Part shown: positions 63,487 to 64,000 of the stretch, one piece after another | Layout: each line of letters begins with the position of its first letter | How positions within the stretch are numbered: position 1 is the stretch's first letter | Assembly: GCA_041577295.1 (NCBI GenBank) | Contig: JBFGJG010000016.1 | Coordinates: 12,437 to 76,436, forward strand | DNA: 64,000 nt | Direction of reading: 5' to 3' | Source of the DNA: Gemmatimonadales bacterium | Lineage (GTDB): Bacteria > Gemmatimonadota > Gemmatimonadetes > Gemmatimonadales > GWC2-71-9 | Made by a program: the position numbers and the translations under genes | Notes under the pieces: generated by a model | Seen by the model: only the letters and a program-made list of their open reading frames with translations | What the model was told of the DNA's origin: nothing | Database searches by the model: none

Positions 63487-63842
63487 GCGTACCCCGGTGA
63501 CTCGGCGTCAGCCTGGTCGCACGCCTTCTTGAGCTCGAGCAACGTGGCCCGCAACAGCTCGAGTCCTGGGGTACCCGGTGGCAAGGCATCGGCATACAGC
63601 TCGGCTAACACGTCCTCACACGCTTCGGCGGCCCGGCGCACACGCACCTCACCCATGTAGCGATTGAGGTCTCCCGCCTGGTGAGTGGTGAGGTAGGCCC
63701 ACACCTTGGTACGCAAGCCGTCCACCGTATCTCCGAGGGCTTTGATGGTTTCCCGCGGGACTCCGGCATCTACGGTGCGATCGACCTGATCCAGCGCACT
63801 TCGCAGCTCCCTGATTTCGGCTTCGAGCTTCAGTTCGTCCAT
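63483..63842 (-). CDS. small helical protein, paralogue of the downstream gene, unknown function
   Basis: 119 aa. Motifs ELRSALD, RVRRAAEAC and TPGLELLRAT match the neighbour in the same order. Confidence 0.6.
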   Translation of the reverse strand: MDELKLEAEIRELRSALDQVDRTVDAGVPRETIKALGDTVDGLRTKVWAYLTTHQAGDLNRYMGEVRVRRAAEACEDVLAELYADALPPGTPGLELLRATLLELKKACDQADAESPGYA

Positions 63843-64000
63843 TTGGCACCCAGGCTGGTGGTGGCAGAACGCCGGTTCAAAATGGACGATCGCTCGAAAA
63901 ATGCAAACCGACCACCGCCATCCCCTGCCCCGTCGCCGCTTCGCACTATAGATGAATGGTCGCCACGCCTACTCCCCCACTCCCTGTGGAGTCCGGAGCG

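Noticed and set aside
1-64000. Mobile elements, prophage, defence islands, tRNA or rRNA genes.
   Set aside because: I recognised no integrase, transposase, recombinase, phage structural, restriction-modification, cas or toxin-antitoxin signatures in any frame, and no cloverleaf-like tRNA sequence in the intergenic regions I read. Composition appears uniform apart from short AT-rich promoter patches.

Overview
Visibly GC-rich (about two thirds G+C by eye), densely coding bacterial chromosomal segment with about 56 protein-coding genes on both strands. I recognised no rRNA, tRNA, CRISPR array, integrase, transposase or phage genes, so this looks like core chromosome rather than an island. The gene content suggests a Gemmatimonadota/Acidobacteriota-like organism (inference only): a relic of an ADOP-type MacB/FtsX permease, PEGA- and TPR-tailed Ser/Thr kinases, three DinB-family genes, LVIVD and YncE-type beta-propellers, and a TIGR03545/TIGR03546-like pair. 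Main blocks, left to right:
- Envelope and hydrolase genes: M23 peptidase, metallophosphoesterase, VanZ-like protein.
- An acyl-CoA ligase.
- A tightly coupled operon of penicillin-acylase-family hydrolase, 4-TM miniprotein, DinB and NSS transporter.
- An orphan 818-aa HerA/FtsK-like ATPase, convergent with a DUF4332-like gene.
- A four-gene overlapping envelope operon: Big2/PPC lipoprotein, zinc-ribbon Ser/Thr kinase with PEGA tail, FlgD-Ig-like membrane protein, beta-barrel OMP.
- Central metabolism: Acs-like ligase, aminotransferase, TerC, citrate synthase, ADP-forming acyl-CoA synthetase.
- A peptide-type ABC importer without ATPase genes, followed by AstE/AspA-like, YncE-like and DUF5694-like genes.
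- A LysR regulator divergent from a PhzF-DinB-hydrolase operon.
- A second, large Ser/Thr kinase.
- A heme cluster (hemA-hemC-hemD-hemQ-hemE, with hemH convergent) that indicates the coproporphyrin-dependent route.
- A membrane-anchored alpha/beta hydrolase.
- Two overlapping paralogous miniproteins.

No single obviously new multi-gene system stands out. The most unusual sequence-level observations are:
1. An NSS transporter whose conserved TM1 lies upstream of any canonical start codon, in frame directly after the DinB stop.
2. Families of purine/pyrimidine-skewed intergenic repeats that form hairpins, including a perfect 26-bp inverted repeat flanking a 102-bp spacer.
3. A terminator-like leader with alternative pairings in front of terC.
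4. A 136-bp deletion scar of an ADOP permease.
5. The overlapping kinase envelope operon.
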